Below, piece by piece: positions 11,604 to 21,875 of a DNA stretch of 64,000 nucleotides. The first letter of the stretch is position 1, and every line of letters begins with the position of its first letter. The DNA is from an uncultured Syntrophobacteraceae bacterium (GTDB lineage Bacteria; Desulfobacterota; Syntrophobacteria; Syntrophobacterales; Syntrophobacteraceae). A program made the translations under genes and the position numbers. The notes below the pieces were generated by a model that saw nothing but the letters and a program-made list of their open reading frames with translations, was not told where the DNA came from and did not search any database. The stretch spans positions 2,617 to 66,616 of the forward strand of contig CAZDKX010000002.1 in assembly GCA_964505935.1 (NCBI GenBank), in the 5' to 3' direction.

Positions 11604-11689
11604 GCTCGTCATTCCCGCAATCTTTAAGCGGGAATCCAAGAGATTTGCCCATTCTGGATTCCCGCTAGAAGCACCCGGGAATGACGAGC
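11604..11689. repeat. composite palindromic element containing ATTCCCGC-N9-GCGGGAAT hairpins
   Basis: Outer arms GCTCGTCATTCCCG / CGGGAATGACGAGC. Inner hairpin ATTCCCGCaatctttaaGCGGGAATCC. The same core recurs at 40939-40963 and 53299-53323, each followed by ..GC.TTCTG. Confidence 0.7.
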
Positions 11690-11739
11690 GGAGTTCGGAC
11701 ACTCATTGGTGCGGAGCTATAATTAGCCGAGAGCCGGCC

Positions 11740-12744
11740 TCACTCCCACCAGCGCGTGAGGACGCTGCCCCAGGTGAAGCCGGCACCAAACGCTGACATC
11801 ACCAGGTAGTCTCCCTTCTTCACGCGTTTTTCCTCCACCACCACGTCGTAGAGGCAAAGCGGGATGGTACCCGCCGTGGTATTGGCATACCGCTCGATAT
11901 TCACGACCACCTTACCGGGTTCCAGCCCCATGCGGTTGGCGCTGGCATCAATGATGCGAAGGTTGGCCTGGTGCGGCAGAAAGAAGGCCACATCCCTGCC
12001 GCTCAGGCCGTTCTTTTCCAGGATCTGGACCGATACGTTGGCCATTTCCTTTACTGCAAATTTGAACACCTGCTGGCCTTCCTGATAAACGTAGTGCTCC
12101 TTGTTCTTGACCGTCTCAAAGCTTGAGGGCCGGCGACTGCCTCCCGCCTTCATATGCAGGTGCTTGCCCCCTGAGCCGTCCACGCGGTGGATGAAGTCCA
12201 AAACCCCATACCCAGGTTCAGGACAAGGCTCCAAAAGGACCGCGCCGGCCGCATCCCCGAACAGGACACAGGTATTGCGATCCTCATAATCGACAATGCT
12301 GCTCATGACGTCGCTGCCGATCACCAGGACCTTTTCATAGCGCCCCGATTCGATCATCTGGACGCCCGCGGTGAGCGCAAAGATGAACCCCGAGCAGCCG
12401 GCCGAGAGATCAAAGCCCCAGGCGTGAGTGGCGCCGATACCCTCCTGCACCAGGCAGGCCGTGGCAGGGTAAAACATATCGGGGGTCACGGTCCCCAGAA
12501 TGATGGCATCGACTTCGGCGGGAGCCGTTCCACCCCGCTCCAGGCACTCCCTGGCGGCGCGAATGGCCATATAGGAATTCCCCAGGCCGGGTTCCAGAAT
12601 GCGTCGTTCGCGGATACCGGTCCGGGAAAGGATCCACTCGTCCGTCGTGTCCACCATTTTTTCCAGCTCTTGATTGGTAAGCCGTCGCTCCGGCAGGAAT
12701 CTCCCCACCGAACGGATGTAAGCATGTCTATTTGGCATCTTCAA
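11740..12744 (-). CDS. fabH: beta-ketoacyl-ACP synthase III, 334 aa
   Basis: Active-site LSAGCSGFIFAL, LPHQANLRII and YANTTAGTIP motifs (Cys-His-Asn triad context). Confidence 0.9.
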   Translation of the reverse strand: MKMPNRHAYIRSVGRFLPERRLTNQELEKMVDTTDEWILSRTGIRERRILEPGLGNSYMAIRAARECLERGGTAPAEVDAIILGTVTPDMFYPATACLVQEGIGATHAWGFDLSAGCSGFIFALTAGVQMIESGRYEKVLVIGSDVMSSIVDYEDRNTCVLFGDAAGAVLLEPCPEPGYGVLDFIHRVDGSGGKHLHMKAGGSRRPSSFETVKNKEHYVYQEGQQVFKFAVKEMANVSVQILEKNGLSGRDVAFFLPHQANLRIIDASANRMGLEPGKVVVNIERYANTTAGTIPLCLYDVVVEEKRVKKGDYLVMSAFGAGFTWGSVLTRWWE

Positions 12745-12756
12745 AAGACCGCACTC

Positions 12757-13548
12757 CTACATGATTCCTTTGTAGTATCCCCCATCAATCTGGATGGAGG
12801 CACCGGTAATATAGCCCGAACGTTCCGAAGCAAGAAAAGTGACCAGGGCGGCAAAGTCTTCGGGGGTCCCCAGACGTCCCATGGGAATCGTGGCCGTCCA
12901 GCCCTGGATAATCGCTTCCGGCGTGGTCCCTTTCTTTTGGGCGACATCGATGGAGAGTTTGCGCACCCGCTCCGTCATGGTGTAACCGGGACAGACATTG
13001 TTCACCGTGATGTTGAAAGGTGCCAGTTCATTGGAGAGCGTCTTGGCAAAACCGATCACTCCGGAGCGGACGGTATTGGAAAGGATGAGTCCATCGATGG
13101 GCTGCTTGACCGAGATGGAGGTCATATTGATGACACGGCCCCAGCGCTTTTCTTTCATGATGGGGACAGCCTCGCGGGTCATCAGGATCGTGCTCATGAG
13201 GTTCAGCCTGATCCCCAGCTGCCATTGCTCTTCATCGACTTCCAGAAAGGTCCTGTCCGGAGGGCCGCCGGCATTGTTGACCAGAATGTCCACCGTGCCA
13301 AAGTGTTCGATCCCTTTGCGCACAAACCCCCTGGCGTCTTCAGCTTTGCTCAGGTCCACCGGAATGCCGATCACCTCCCCCGCACCCGCCTGGCGGATTT
13401 CGCTTACCGCCTGGGGCAGCTCGGGATCGTCGAGCGCGCAAATAGCAACCTTCGCCCCTTCGCGGCTCAACTCCAGGGCCACCGCCTTGCCCAGACCCTG
13501 GCTCGCTCCTGCGACCAAAGCCACCCTGCCCTTCAAACCCAATTCCAT
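12757..13548 (-). CDS. SDR-family oxidoreductase (FabG-like), 263 aa
   Basis: Rossmann motif VAGASQGLGKA, an NNAGG motif and SDR length. Lies 12 nt upstream of fabH. Confidence 0.8.
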   Translation of the reverse strand: MELGLKGRVALVAGASQGLGKAVALELSREGAKVAICALDDPELPQAVSEIRQAGAGEVIGIPVDLSKAEDARGFVRKGIEHFGTVDILVNNAGGPPDRTFLEVDEEQWQLGIRLNLMSTILMTREAVPIMKEKRWGRVINMTSISVKQPIDGLILSNTVRSGVIGFAKTLSNELAPFNITVNNVCPGYTMTERVRKLSIDVAQKKGTTPEAIIQGWTATIPMGRLGTPEDFAALVTFLASERSGYITGASIQIDGGYYKGIM

Positions 13549-13670
13549 GATTGCCTCCCTTTGCCCCCCGGCAGCTTGACGAAGGAACGCGTGCGTCTCC
13601 TATCGCCAACTTCCAGGCAGCAATCGTTTGTCCTCTCTTGCGAGTCTTCCGCAAGCACCTCTCAGGGCCC

Positions 13671-14402
13671 TCAGCTGCCTCCAGCTCCTCCTTCATAAAG
13701 CAGGCGCATGGCTTCACTGTAGGTCTGATCCACGCCGTAAATGAAGAATGGGGGCTTGATCCGCAATTCTTCACCAGCCCCTTTCATACTCTCCAGGCAC
13801 ACCAGGCAAGCTCCCGAAGCCACATGGGAGTATATCATCGTAAGTTGCCTCGGACTCAACCCATGCTCCTGCACCGCTGCCAGCAGGAAAGGCAGTCGCA
13901 TTGCCGGATAGATAACCGACAGCCTTCCTCCATCGCCCAGCAGATGGCGGGCAGCTTTGCACACGTCCAGGACGGAGGCTGTCACTTCGTGCCTGGCCAC
14001 GGCGCGCTGGCGGTCGGGGTTGAGACGGCCGCTCTGAAGGCGCCGGTAGGGCGGATTACTGAGCACGAGGTCAAAGCTTGCCGCCGAATAACTCCCGGAG
14101 ATCGTGCGGAAATCGCGCTCCTCAATGGCAACTTTGTCGCTGAATCGATTGGCGATAACGTTCTCCCGGGCCGTCGCTGCCAACTCCGGCTGGATCTCCA
14201 GGCCCACAATCCGCTTTCCCAAGCCGCGATAGGCCAGCATCAGGGGGATCACCCCACACCCGGTCCCCAGATCGGCAATGCGGTCCTGTCGGTGCACTTT
14301 CGTGAGACCCGCCAGCAGCACCGCATCAATCGAAAACCGATAACCCTTTTTCGGCTGGTGGACGATCAACTTCCCATCGAAGAGCGTACTGCGCGTCAGC
14401 AC
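13671..14402 (-). CDS. tRNA1(Val) (adenine37-N6)-methyltransferase-like (YfiC/TrmN6 family), 243 aa
   Basis: GYRFSIDAVLLAG, SAM motif DLGTGCGVIPLMLA, and catalytic LSNPPY. Confidence 0.75.
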   Translation of the reverse strand: MLTRSTLFDGKLIVHQPKKGYRFSIDAVLLAGLTKVHRQDRIADLGTGCGVIPLMLAYRGLGKRIVGLEIQPELAATARENVIANRFSDKVAIEERDFRTISGSYSAASFDLVLSNPPYRRLQSGRLNPDRQRAVARHEVTASVLDVCKAARHLLGDGGRLSVIYPAMRLPFLLAAVQEHGLSPRQLTMIYSHVASGACLVCLESMKGAGEELRIKPPFFIYGVDQTYSEAMRLLYEGGAGGS

Positions 14403-14430
14403 CGACGATCAATCCTGCAAACAAGCCCCG

Positions 14431-15762
14431 TCAGGTGACGGCAAGAGGGTAGATGACGAGGCCGCTTCCGACCTTCGGGTAGAAATAAGTGGCCTTATGG
14501 GGCATGATGAGGCCGGCACTGGCAACTTCCTGCACCTGCTCGATACGGGTCGGGTTGATGAAGAAGCCGGCCTCAAAGTCTCCTTCCTGCACTGCCGCAA
14601 CAGCCTCCAGCAGGTCGTGTTTGAAATGAATGATGCGTTCGTTGGCCAAGAACGTATCCGATATTTCGAGCAGATGGCGAAGCAGCAAGCGGTCCAGGAT
14701 CACCACGTCGAGCCGGTGCAGCAGTTTGTTGATCCCCCGCGCGGCAAGATAGGACGAGACCAGCTCGTGCCGGGCCCGGAGCAGGTACAGGGCATCCGCC
14801 TGCCGCCAGTACAGCCCGATCACTGTCTCCCCGGTCTCCCGGCCCTTCTCCAAATCCGCCCGCCACCGGTGCTGCCCCTCAGCGTTCACGGCATAGTCGC
14901 TGATGTCAAAATAGGCTAAGGCATCACGCAGGAAACCACGCGGTTCCCAGGGTCCCATGTGTTTTAGCAGCCGGTGGGTCGGAAGAATCACCAAACCGCC
15001 CTGATCGAGGTTGGACAGATACATCATCACGAATTCATAAGGGGCCTGTGGCGAGGAATTCCCGAAACGCCGATGCTGAAGGGCGCGATAGTTGAGAGCG
15101 GTCTCATAGCGATGATGCCCGTCCGCAATGAAGATGGGTTTTTCCAGCATGAGGGAATTCACCCGGTCGACGATCTCCGGGTTGACCACCCGCCAGATCC
15201 GGTGCTCCATGCCTTCACGATCCGCAAAGGCAATGATGGGCGCTCGTTCTCTGCCAATCCTCAGGGTATGATCCACCACCATGGCTGGGTCGGAATAGAG
15301 AGCAAAGACCGGACTGAGATTGGCTTCACAGGCTTGCGTCAGGCTGAGTCGCTCATCCTTCACGGCCTGAAACGTTCGTTCGTGAGGGCGGACGAACCCC
15401 GAGCTGAAATCCTCCAAGCGCAGGGCACAGATGAATCCGTACCGGGTTTGGCGGACCTCGGGGGAGACCGCAAAGATCAGTTCATAGTAGTAGACGGCCG
15501 GCTGTTCGTCACGCATCAAGACCTTCGCCCGCTGCCACTCGCGAAGGCTCCTGGCGGCACGGGTATGGGCGTTGTCGGATTCGGTATCCCGCGGGGTGGT
15601 TCTCCCCAGCTCCAGATGCACCATATTGTAAGGACTGATCTGATGGAAGAGCTCCTGATCCTTGGGAGAAATGACATCATACGGGGGAATCACCACGTCG
15701 GCCAGAGATGCAAGTTTTTCGGGATTGTAGCGCAAGCCGCAAAATGGCGCGATTTCTGCCAT
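14431..15762 (-). CDS. DUF1015 family protein, 443 aa
   Basis: The N-terminus MAEIAPFCGLRYNPEKL...VIPPYDVIS and ...FIADGHHRYETAL are the hallmark motifs of DUF1015 as I recall them. Confidence 0.7.
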   Translation of the reverse strand: MAEIAPFCGLRYNPEKLASLADVVIPPYDVISPKDQELFHQISPYNMVHLELGRTTPRDTESDNAHTRAARSLREWQRAKVLMRDEQPAVYYYELIFAVSPEVRQTRYGFICALRLEDFSSGFVRPHERTFQAVKDERLSLTQACEANLSPVFALYSDPAMVVDHTLRIGRERAPIIAFADREGMEHRIWRVVNPEIVDRVNSLMLEKPIFIADGHHRYETALNYRALQHRRFGNSSPQAPYEFVMMYLSNLDQGGLVILPTHRLLKHMGPWEPRGFLRDALAYFDISDYAVNAEGQHRWRADLEKGRETGETVIGLYWRQADALYLLRARHELVSSYLAARGINKLLHRLDVVILDRLLLRHLLEISDTFLANERIIHFKHDLLEAVAAVQEGDFEAGFFINPTRIEQVQEVASAGLIMPHKATYFYPKVGSGLVIYPLAVT

Positions 15763-15844
15763 GGTTCATTTCACCTTCACGTTGAGTAATCGTGCAGTCC
15801 CGGTTCAAATCCCCGAAAAGGAGTCTCCTGCTGAATACAGCCGT

Positions 15845-15877
15845 AAAGCGGCTTGATATCACATTTCGCCGCTTTTT
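15845..15877 (+). terminator. hairpin plus T-run (intrinsic terminator-like) on the plus strand, in a gap between two minus-strand genes
   Basis: AAAGCGGC - 15-nt loop - GCCGCTTT followed by TT (a T5 run in total). On the minus strand there is no U-run after the stem. Confidence 0.3.
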
Positions 15878-15997
15878 ACAAGCCTGATGACGATATGACG
15901 ATATTTCGATGCCGTCGTCTCTTGTTGCGGCACGATGGCCGGTTGCCGGTCTCAGCCCAGCACCTGGAAAACAGGCAAAACGAGGCCAGTTAATTGA

Positions 15998-18900
15998 TCA
16001 ACGTGCCTGTTTCGCTTGCCCACTGTCCAAGGTCTCCCTGACCAGTTTGGCAAGGGTTCTCAGGGAGAGCGGCTTCATGAGAAACTTTTTGATTCCCACC
16101 CGCTTCGCTTCCTCTTCGGTAATCAGCTCACTGAAGCCGCTGCAGAGAATAATGGGAAGGTCGGGGCGGATTTTCAGGAGCTCTTTCGCCAGGTCTTTGC
16201 CGGTCATCCCCGGCATGGTCATATCGGTGATAACGAGATCGATGCGGGCGGGCTGCTCCCGAAAGATCGCCAGGGCCTCGGCACTGCCCGTCGCCGGGAC
16301 CACCTCATAGCCGAGTCCTTCAAGCATCTCCCGGCCCATATCGACCAGGATCGCCTGGTCATCCACAAACATCACCCGTTCTCTGCCTTCCGCAAGAATA
16401 GCGGCAGGGACCGCTGCTGATTCGGTCTCACGGTCGATGGCCGGGAGGTGGACGATAAAGGTGGAACCAGCACCGGTTTCGCTCTGAACGGTAATCGACC
16501 CCCCATAATCCTTGACAATGCCATAGACCACTGAAAGCCCCAGCCCGGTGCCTTCCTCCCGTTTCTTTGTGGTGAAGAAGGGATCGAAAATCCTGCCGAT
16601 GATTGCCGGTGGTATCCCCGTGCCGGTATCACGCACGGTGAGTTTCACATGCCTCCCTGGTCTCAGGTCCGGGTACAATGGGAGCATATCCGGTTTGATC
16701 TCTTCCGTGGTAAGCCTCACTTCGAGCACGCCGCCTCGCTCCCGCATGGCATGGGCCGCATTGGTGCACAGGTTCATCACAATCTGATAGATCTGGGTCG
16801 GATCTGCAAGGATGGTATCGACCCCGGCAGCGATCTGCGGGCGAATCTCGATGGTGGTCGGGAGGGTGGCACGGAGGAGTTTCAGGGCCTCCTGGATCAG
16901 GGAGCCAATGGCAATCGGCTTGACCTCTTTCTCCGCCCGGCGGCTGAAGACCAGAATCTGGGTCACCAAGTCGCGGGCCCGCTCACTGGCATTCAACACG
17001 TGGTCCAGATAGCGCTGGAGCTCTCCCTGCGGAAACTTGCGCTTGGCCATTTCCGTGTAGCCGATGATGGCCGCCAGCAGATTGTTGAAGTCATGGGCAA
17101 TGCCGCCTGCCAGGGTACCGATGGCCTCGATCTTCTGAGTCTGAATGAGCCGGCCTTCCAGCATCTTGCGCGTGGTGATGTCCTGGGCCGTACCTTCGTA
17201 GTAGAGCAGGGCCCCCTCACCGTCACGAACGGCGCGCAGGTTGAGGCTGATCCATACGACGCTTTGGTCTTTCCGATGGAACTGAACCTCGTATTCTCTC
17301 ACCACGCCCCGCTCGTCAAGCAGGCGCAGAAGTTCATCCCGGCGGGCCGGTTCCACATAGAGCTGGCGCGATAGGTCGGTCACCATCCTCATCAGCTCTT
17401 CCGGGGAATCGTAGCCCAGAATGTTGGCCAAGGCCAGGTTGGCGCTCAGGATGCGTCCTTCCCGGCTGGTCTGATAGATACCCATGATGGCGTGTTCGAA
17501 GATGCCTCGATACTTCTCTTCCGCCCGCGCCAGCGCCTCTTCGGCTTCCCGCCGTGCGGTGATGTCATGGATGGATTGAATCGCTCCGACTACCGCCCCC
17601 TTGGAGTCGCGCAAAGCGCTGGCCGTACCCCGAAGATAGGCCTTGCCCCCCCTCAGGGCAGGGATATAGGTTTCACCGGTGAGCACCGAGCCTCTCCTGT
17701 CCATGGTCACGTAACCCCTCTCCACCTGCTCATCAGGTTTCAGGACGAGGTCGATGATGATGGGTCTCCTGACTCCATAAAACGGCAGCGCATATTCGTA
17801 ATCGCCCCTGCCCAGCATGTCGGCCGCCTTGACCCCGGTCATCTCCTCGATGGCCCGGTTCCAGGCAATGACCTTGCCTGCATTGTCAATGACAAAGGTG
17901 GCGTCCGGCAGAAAATCGATGATGTCGAGCAACTGCTGTCGGGATTCCTTGAGCTCCTCCTCCGACCTCTTCGTGTTCGTGATGTCTTCGAGGGTCTCAA
18001 TAGCACCGACCATGCCCCCCTTATCGTTCCTGATGGCTGCCGCCGTGAAGCGCAGCCATTTCCCGCCCGCGCCAAGTTCAGGGAAGAAGGCCGTCGCCTC
18101 GTAAGCCTCATCCAGCAAGCTGGACTTGCTGCTCTCCCCGCCGTACCACTCGGGGATCAACGCCATGTCTTCGTCGACCAGCAAGTCCGCCATGCAGGGC
18201 CGCTGCTCCGGGTAGAACGCCTGCCACTGCTGTTCCGTGCCGACCATTTCCGCGGCCTTGAGCCCCGAGAGCTCCTCCAGGGCGCGGTTCCAATAGAGGA
18301 CCTTATGGTCCCTGTCGATGACGAAGGCCGGAATGGAGAAACCCTGGATGAAACGGTGCAGTTTCTGCTCGCTGTCCCGCAGGGCCTCCGCCGCCTGATT
18401 GCGTTCGGCAATCTCCTCGACCAGTTCCACCGTTCGCTCACGAACCCGCGTCTCGAGCTCATCGCGGGCTTCCCGCAACTCCCTTTCCGCGCTTTTGCGC
18501 CGATGCGTGTTGACAAGGAGCACCAGGATGATCAGCACCAAGCCGGCAACGCCGACAAGGACGCTCCAGACCAGCCCTTTGTTGACCGCATAGAACGACA
18601 CCGGCTCATTGATGACGACGCTGTCGGGTGGCAGGTCGGATCGCTTGATGCCGTATCGCTCCATCCACTTATAGTCGAACATATAGCGGGTCGGACACTC
18701 CCGGACCACAGGGATGCTCTCGACGCGCTCTCCCCGCAGAATCCGCAACGCGATTTGCCCCGCAAGGCGTCCCTGCTCGTAAGCACTGGTCAGCATGCCC
18801 CCGATGATGCCATGTCCCAGATCGAAGTCCCAGGTGCCATAGATCGGGACTTTTGCCGTTTGCGCGATCGCCGCCATGCTCTCATCATATTCGAATGCTC

Positions 18901-19639
18901 TGCCCTCCCGGTCGCGCGAGAAGAAGGAGTTCAGGATCAGGCTGTCCTCAGGCAACTTTGCCACGGCCTGCAGGAGTTCCGGCATCGTCAAGTCCTGAAG
19001 AAATTCGAAATGGACCCGATCCTGAAAGCGAGGGACAATCTCCATGAATTCCTCGCGAACCCTTCTGCCCGTCGTGGTCGTATCACTGATGAAAACCACC
19101 CGTCTGGTGCCGGGATGAAGCCTCAGCGCGAGCTGCAGCGTGGCCTGGAAATCAGCGCTCTCATTGATGCCGGTGTAAAGGGGCTGTCCCTTGAGGTCAT
19201 CGTCGGAAAAGAAATTCACACCGCAAAAGACCACCGGCACGCGACCGAACACCTCGTCCCGATAGCGCACCAGAAACCACAGGGCGTCGTTATCCATCGC
19301 GATGATCAAATCAAAGGGCATATTTCGGAATTTGTGCTGCAAGAGACGCTGAAGTTGTTCAAAACACTGCTCGTCACTCACCCACTTGGCACCCATGTAT
19401 TCAATGTAGAGCTTGAGCTCATCTTGGAAAGGACCCAAGGTTTCGACGGCCCCGCGAGTTTCGTCGTCGGTCCATTTGTAGCCCTGGTTATAGGAATGGA
19501 GGATGAGGACATTCTTCCTGCTGTCGGCAAAGCTGTCGGCAACGAGGGACAGCGCCACCACCAGGAAGGCGGCACCTGCCAGGAACATAGCCCTCAAACG
19601 ATACTGCCGGGGACCGTAAAGGAACATAGTCACATCCAC
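15998..19639 (-). CDS. hybrid sensor histidine kinase: periplasmic binding-protein-like domain, TM, ~4 PAS, HisKA, HATPase, REC; 1213 aa
   Basis: N-terminal TM, then NVLILHSYNQGYKWTDDETRG... (ABC_sub_bind-like). Second TM VWSVLVGVAGLVLIILVLLV. H-box GGIAHDFNNLLAAIIGYTEMA. GTGLGLSVVYGIV. REC VMFVDDQAILVDMG...DLVITDMTMPGMTG. Confidence 0.9.
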   Translation of the reverse strand: MDVTMFLYGPRQYRLRAMFLAGAAFLVVALSLVADSFADSRKNVLILHSYNQGYKWTDDETRGAVETLGPFQDELKLYIEYMGAKWVSDEQCFEQLQRLLQHKFRNMPFDLIIAMDNDALWFLVRYRDEVFGRVPVVFCGVNFFSDDDLKGQPLYTGINESADFQATLQLALRLHPGTRRVVFISDTTTTGRRVREEFMEIVPRFQDRVHFEFLQDLTMPELLQAVAKLPEDSLILNSFFSRDREGRAFEYDESMAAIAQTAKVPIYGTWDFDLGHGIIGGMLTSAYEQGRLAGQIALRILRGERVESIPVVRECPTRYMFDYKWMERYGIKRSDLPPDSVVINEPVSFYAVNKGLVWSVLVGVAGLVLIILVLLVNTHRRKSAERELREARDELETRVRERTVELVEEIAERNQAAEALRDSEQKLHRFIQGFSIPAFVIDRDHKVLYWNRALEELSGLKAAEMVGTEQQWQAFYPEQRPCMADLLVDEDMALIPEWYGGESSKSSLLDEAYEATAFFPELGAGGKWLRFTAAAIRNDKGGMVGAIETLEDITNTKRSEEELKESRQQLLDIIDFLPDATFVIDNAGKVIAWNRAIEEMTGVKAADMLGRGDYEYALPFYGVRRPIIIDLVLKPDEQVERGYVTMDRRGSVLTGETYIPALRGGKAYLRGTASALRDSKGAVVGAIQSIHDITARREAEEALARAEEKYRGIFEHAIMGIYQTSREGRILSANLALANILGYDSPEELMRMVTDLSRQLYVEPARRDELLRLLDERGVVREYEVQFHRKDQSVVWISLNLRAVRDGEGALLYYEGTAQDITTRKMLEGRLIQTQKIEAIGTLAGGIAHDFNNLLAAIIGYTEMAKRKFPQGELQRYLDHVLNASERARDLVTQILVFSRRAEKEVKPIAIGSLIQEALKLLRATLPTTIEIRPQIAAGVDTILADPTQIYQIVMNLCTNAAHAMRERGGVLEVRLTTEEIKPDMLPLYPDLRPGRHVKLTVRDTGTGIPPAIIGRIFDPFFTTKKREEGTGLGLSVVYGIVKDYGGSITVQSETGAGSTFIVHLPAIDRETESAAVPAAILAEGRERVMFVDDQAILVDMGREMLEGLGYEVVPATGSAEALAIFREQPARIDLVITDMTMPGMTGKDLAKELLKIRPDLPIILCSGFSELITEEEAKRVGIKKFLMKPLSLRTLAKLVRETLDSGQAKQAR

Positions 19640-19710
19640 GAACTCATTGGCTCGACCAACACACCAGCAGCCATGCCGGAATTATCCGTCATTACCCTGC
19701 CTTCAGAAGA

Positions 19711-21810
19711 CTATCTCCCCTCCAGGACTTTCCGGATGATTCTGGTCATGTCAGCAATGACATAGGGCTTCATGACAAACGCGCGAATCCCTTCCTCCTC
19801 GGCCTGTTTTTCGTTGATCAGCTCACTGAAGCCGGTACAGAGGATGACCGGGATATCGGGCCGGATGTTCATGAGCTCCCGCGCAAGCTCGCTGCCCGTA
19901 AGGCCCGGCATGGTCATATCGGTGATGACCAGGTCGAAGGCGTCAGGCTGGGCCAGAAAGGTCTCGAGAGCGTCAAAGCTGTTCGTTTTGACACTGACCG
20001 TGTATCCCAGAGGTTCGAGCATTTCCTTGCCCAGGTCAACCATGTCTTCTTCATCGTCGACGAACAGGATTCGCTCATGGCCGGGAAGCAACGGAGCAGG
20101 CGTTTCCGAGCTTTGGGCAATCACCTGTTCAATCCGGGGGAACAGCACCTCGAACCTTGCTCCCCGGCCAGGCTCGCTTTGAACAGTGATCGCCCCCCCG
20201 TAGCTCTTCACGATTCCCTGGACCACTGCCAGCCCCAGGCCAGTCCCTTCCCCCACTTCCTTGGTGGTGAAATAAGGTTCGAAGATTCGCTCCTGTACCG
20301 TCGCCTCCATCCCGTAACCGGTATCGCTGACCGTCAGCTTCACATAAGGGCCTGGTTGAATGTCCCACGGGCGGGAAGCGAGGGAGGCAGGGATCAGCGT
20401 CTCCGACACCCTCACCGACAGGATGCCGCCGGTGGCGCGCATGGCATGAGCTGCATTGGTACACAGATTCATCAATACCTGGTGGATCTGGGTGGGATCG
20501 GCAAGAACACTGCCCTGCTCATTATCACCGGCAAGATTGTGGCGAATTTCGATGGTGGTAGGAAGGGAAGAGCGCAGCAGCTTGAGCGCCTCTTTGACAA
20601 TGGGACCGATTTGCAGCGGTCTTCGCTCCTGCTCCCGCTGACGACTGAAGGCCAGGATCTGTTTGACCAAGTCGGTGGCCCGATGGCTGGCCTTGAGCAC
20701 CTGCTCGAGGTTGCGCCGAACCGGACTTTCCGGGGGAATCTTGGCATGGGCCATTTCCGTGTACCCCACGATGGCGGCAAGGATGTTGTTGAAATCATGG
20801 GCAATGCCCCCGGCCAGCGTGCCGATTGCCTCCATCTTCTGCGCCTGGCGGAGCTCCCCTTCGAGCTTCACCTCATGGGTGATGTCCCGGTGAATGCCGA
20901 CATAGTTGATGATTTCCCCGGAGATCTCCCGCACCGGCGAGGCCGTTGCTTCCACTTCATAGTAGGTGCCGTCCTTTTTCCTGCTGCTGTGCCGTCCCGA
21001 CCACACTTCGCCCCCCACGAGAGTCTTGCGGATTTCGGCATAGTAGTGGTCTGCGTGCTTATCACTCTTGAGCATGCGGGTGTGCTGACCGATGATTTCG
21101 CTCTTGTCATAGCCGGTCATTTGTTCGAAAGCCGGGTTGGCATATTGAATGATCCAGTTGGTATCGGTGATAAAGATGCCCTCCGCCGACTGCTCGATCG
21201 CGGTCACCAGGCGCATGCGCTCCTTTTCCACACGCCTGTGCTCGCTGATCTCCGCCTCCAGGCGGGCATTGGCCTCAGCCAGTTCGACGGTACGCTCCGC
21301 GACCCTTCGTTCCAGCTCTGCATGGATCTTTTGAAGCGCCTCTTCCGCCCTCCGGCGCTCAGCGATCTGCCTCTCGAGCTCGCGATTCTGCTCCTCCAGC
21401 GCCTTTTGAAGGCGCCGCAGCGTCAGGTGGGTGGCAATGCGAGCCAGGAGGTCCTCCGGGTCAAATGGTTTCGTGATGTAGTCCACGCCCCCCGTCTCGA
21501 AGCCTTTGACCTTGTCAACGGCCTCGTCCAGCCCGCTGATGAAAATCACGGGGATTTTACATAGTTTCTCGTCGGCTTTCAGGCGGCGGCAGACTTCATA
21601 GCCGTTCATACCCGGCATGATCACGTCCAGGAGGACCAGGTCCGGCGCTTCAATGGCCACCGACCTCAGCGCCAGTTGACCATCGGCGGCCGGGCGCACC
21701 TGATAGCCGTGATGCCCAAGAAAGTCCGTCAGCAGCTTGAGGCTGCCCGGGGAATCGTCAACAACCAGGATTTGAGCCTGGCTCTTGTCACTGCCCTTAC
21801 GACTGCTCAT
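19711..21810 (-). CDS. hybrid kinase/response regulator: REC, coiled coil, PAS, HisKA, HATPase, REC; 699 aa
   Basis: N-terminal REC ILVVDDSPGSLKLL...LVLLDVIMPGMNGYEV. H-box GGIAHDFNNILAAIVGYTEMA. GTGLGLAVVQGIV. C-terminal REC ILFVDDEEDMVDLG...DLVITDMTMPGLTG. Confidence 0.9.
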   Translation of the reverse strand: MSSRKGSDKSQAQILVVDDSPGSLKLLTDFLGHHGYQVRPAADGQLALRSVAIEAPDLVLLDVIMPGMNGYEVCRRLKADEKLCKIPVIFISGLDEAVDKVKGFETGGVDYITKPFDPEDLLARIATHLTLRRLQKALEEQNRELERQIAERRRAEEALQKIHAELERRVAERTVELAEANARLEAEISEHRRVEKERMRLVTAIEQSAEGIFITDTNWIIQYANPAFEQMTGYDKSEIIGQHTRMLKSDKHADHYYAEIRKTLVGGEVWSGRHSSRKKDGTYYEVEATASPVREISGEIINYVGIHRDITHEVKLEGELRQAQKMEAIGTLAGGIAHDFNNILAAIVGYTEMAHAKIPPESPVRRNLEQVLKASHRATDLVKQILAFSRQREQERRPLQIGPIVKEALKLLRSSLPTTIEIRHNLAGDNEQGSVLADPTQIHQVLMNLCTNAAHAMRATGGILSVRVSETLIPASLASRPWDIQPGPYVKLTVSDTGYGMEATVQERIFEPYFTTKEVGEGTGLGLAVVQGIVKSYGGAITVQSEPGRGARFEVLFPRIEQVIAQSSETPAPLLPGHERILFVDDEEDMVDLGKEMLEPLGYTVSVKTNSFDALETFLAQPDAFDLVITDMTMPGLTGSELARELMNIRPDIPVILCTGFSELINEKQAEEEGIRAFVMKPYVIADMTRIIRKVLEGR

Positions 21811-21875
21811 GTCTATCCCCTCCAGGCATCCATGGTGACCTTCTCACGGGTTTGAAGTCAGGTCGTCCCCGAGCT

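Noticed and set aside
15802-15812. tRNA-like T-loop GGTTCAAATCC (also GGTTCGA at about 38138 and 38179).
   Set aside because: The flanking bases form only 3 of the 5 T-stem pairs. No acceptor stem, anticodon arm or D-arm could be built, so this is not a tRNA or tmRNA.
17492-19765. 757-aa plus-strand ORF, one of several long antisense ORFs. The others are 12187-13698, 20077-21564, 21909-23441, 28816-30186, 33420-34253, 45150-46163, 46160-47170, 49000-49983, 50949-52532, 58979-60490 and 60692-61858.
   Set aside because: Each lies antisense to a gene whose product carries unambiguous family motifs (H-boxes, Walker motifs, Hcp, PFK or RND signatures). The antisense translations are Arg/Gly/Pro/His/Asp-rich, low in complexity and lack a Shine-Dalgarno. 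This is the expected stop-poor shadow frame in 60% G+C DNA.
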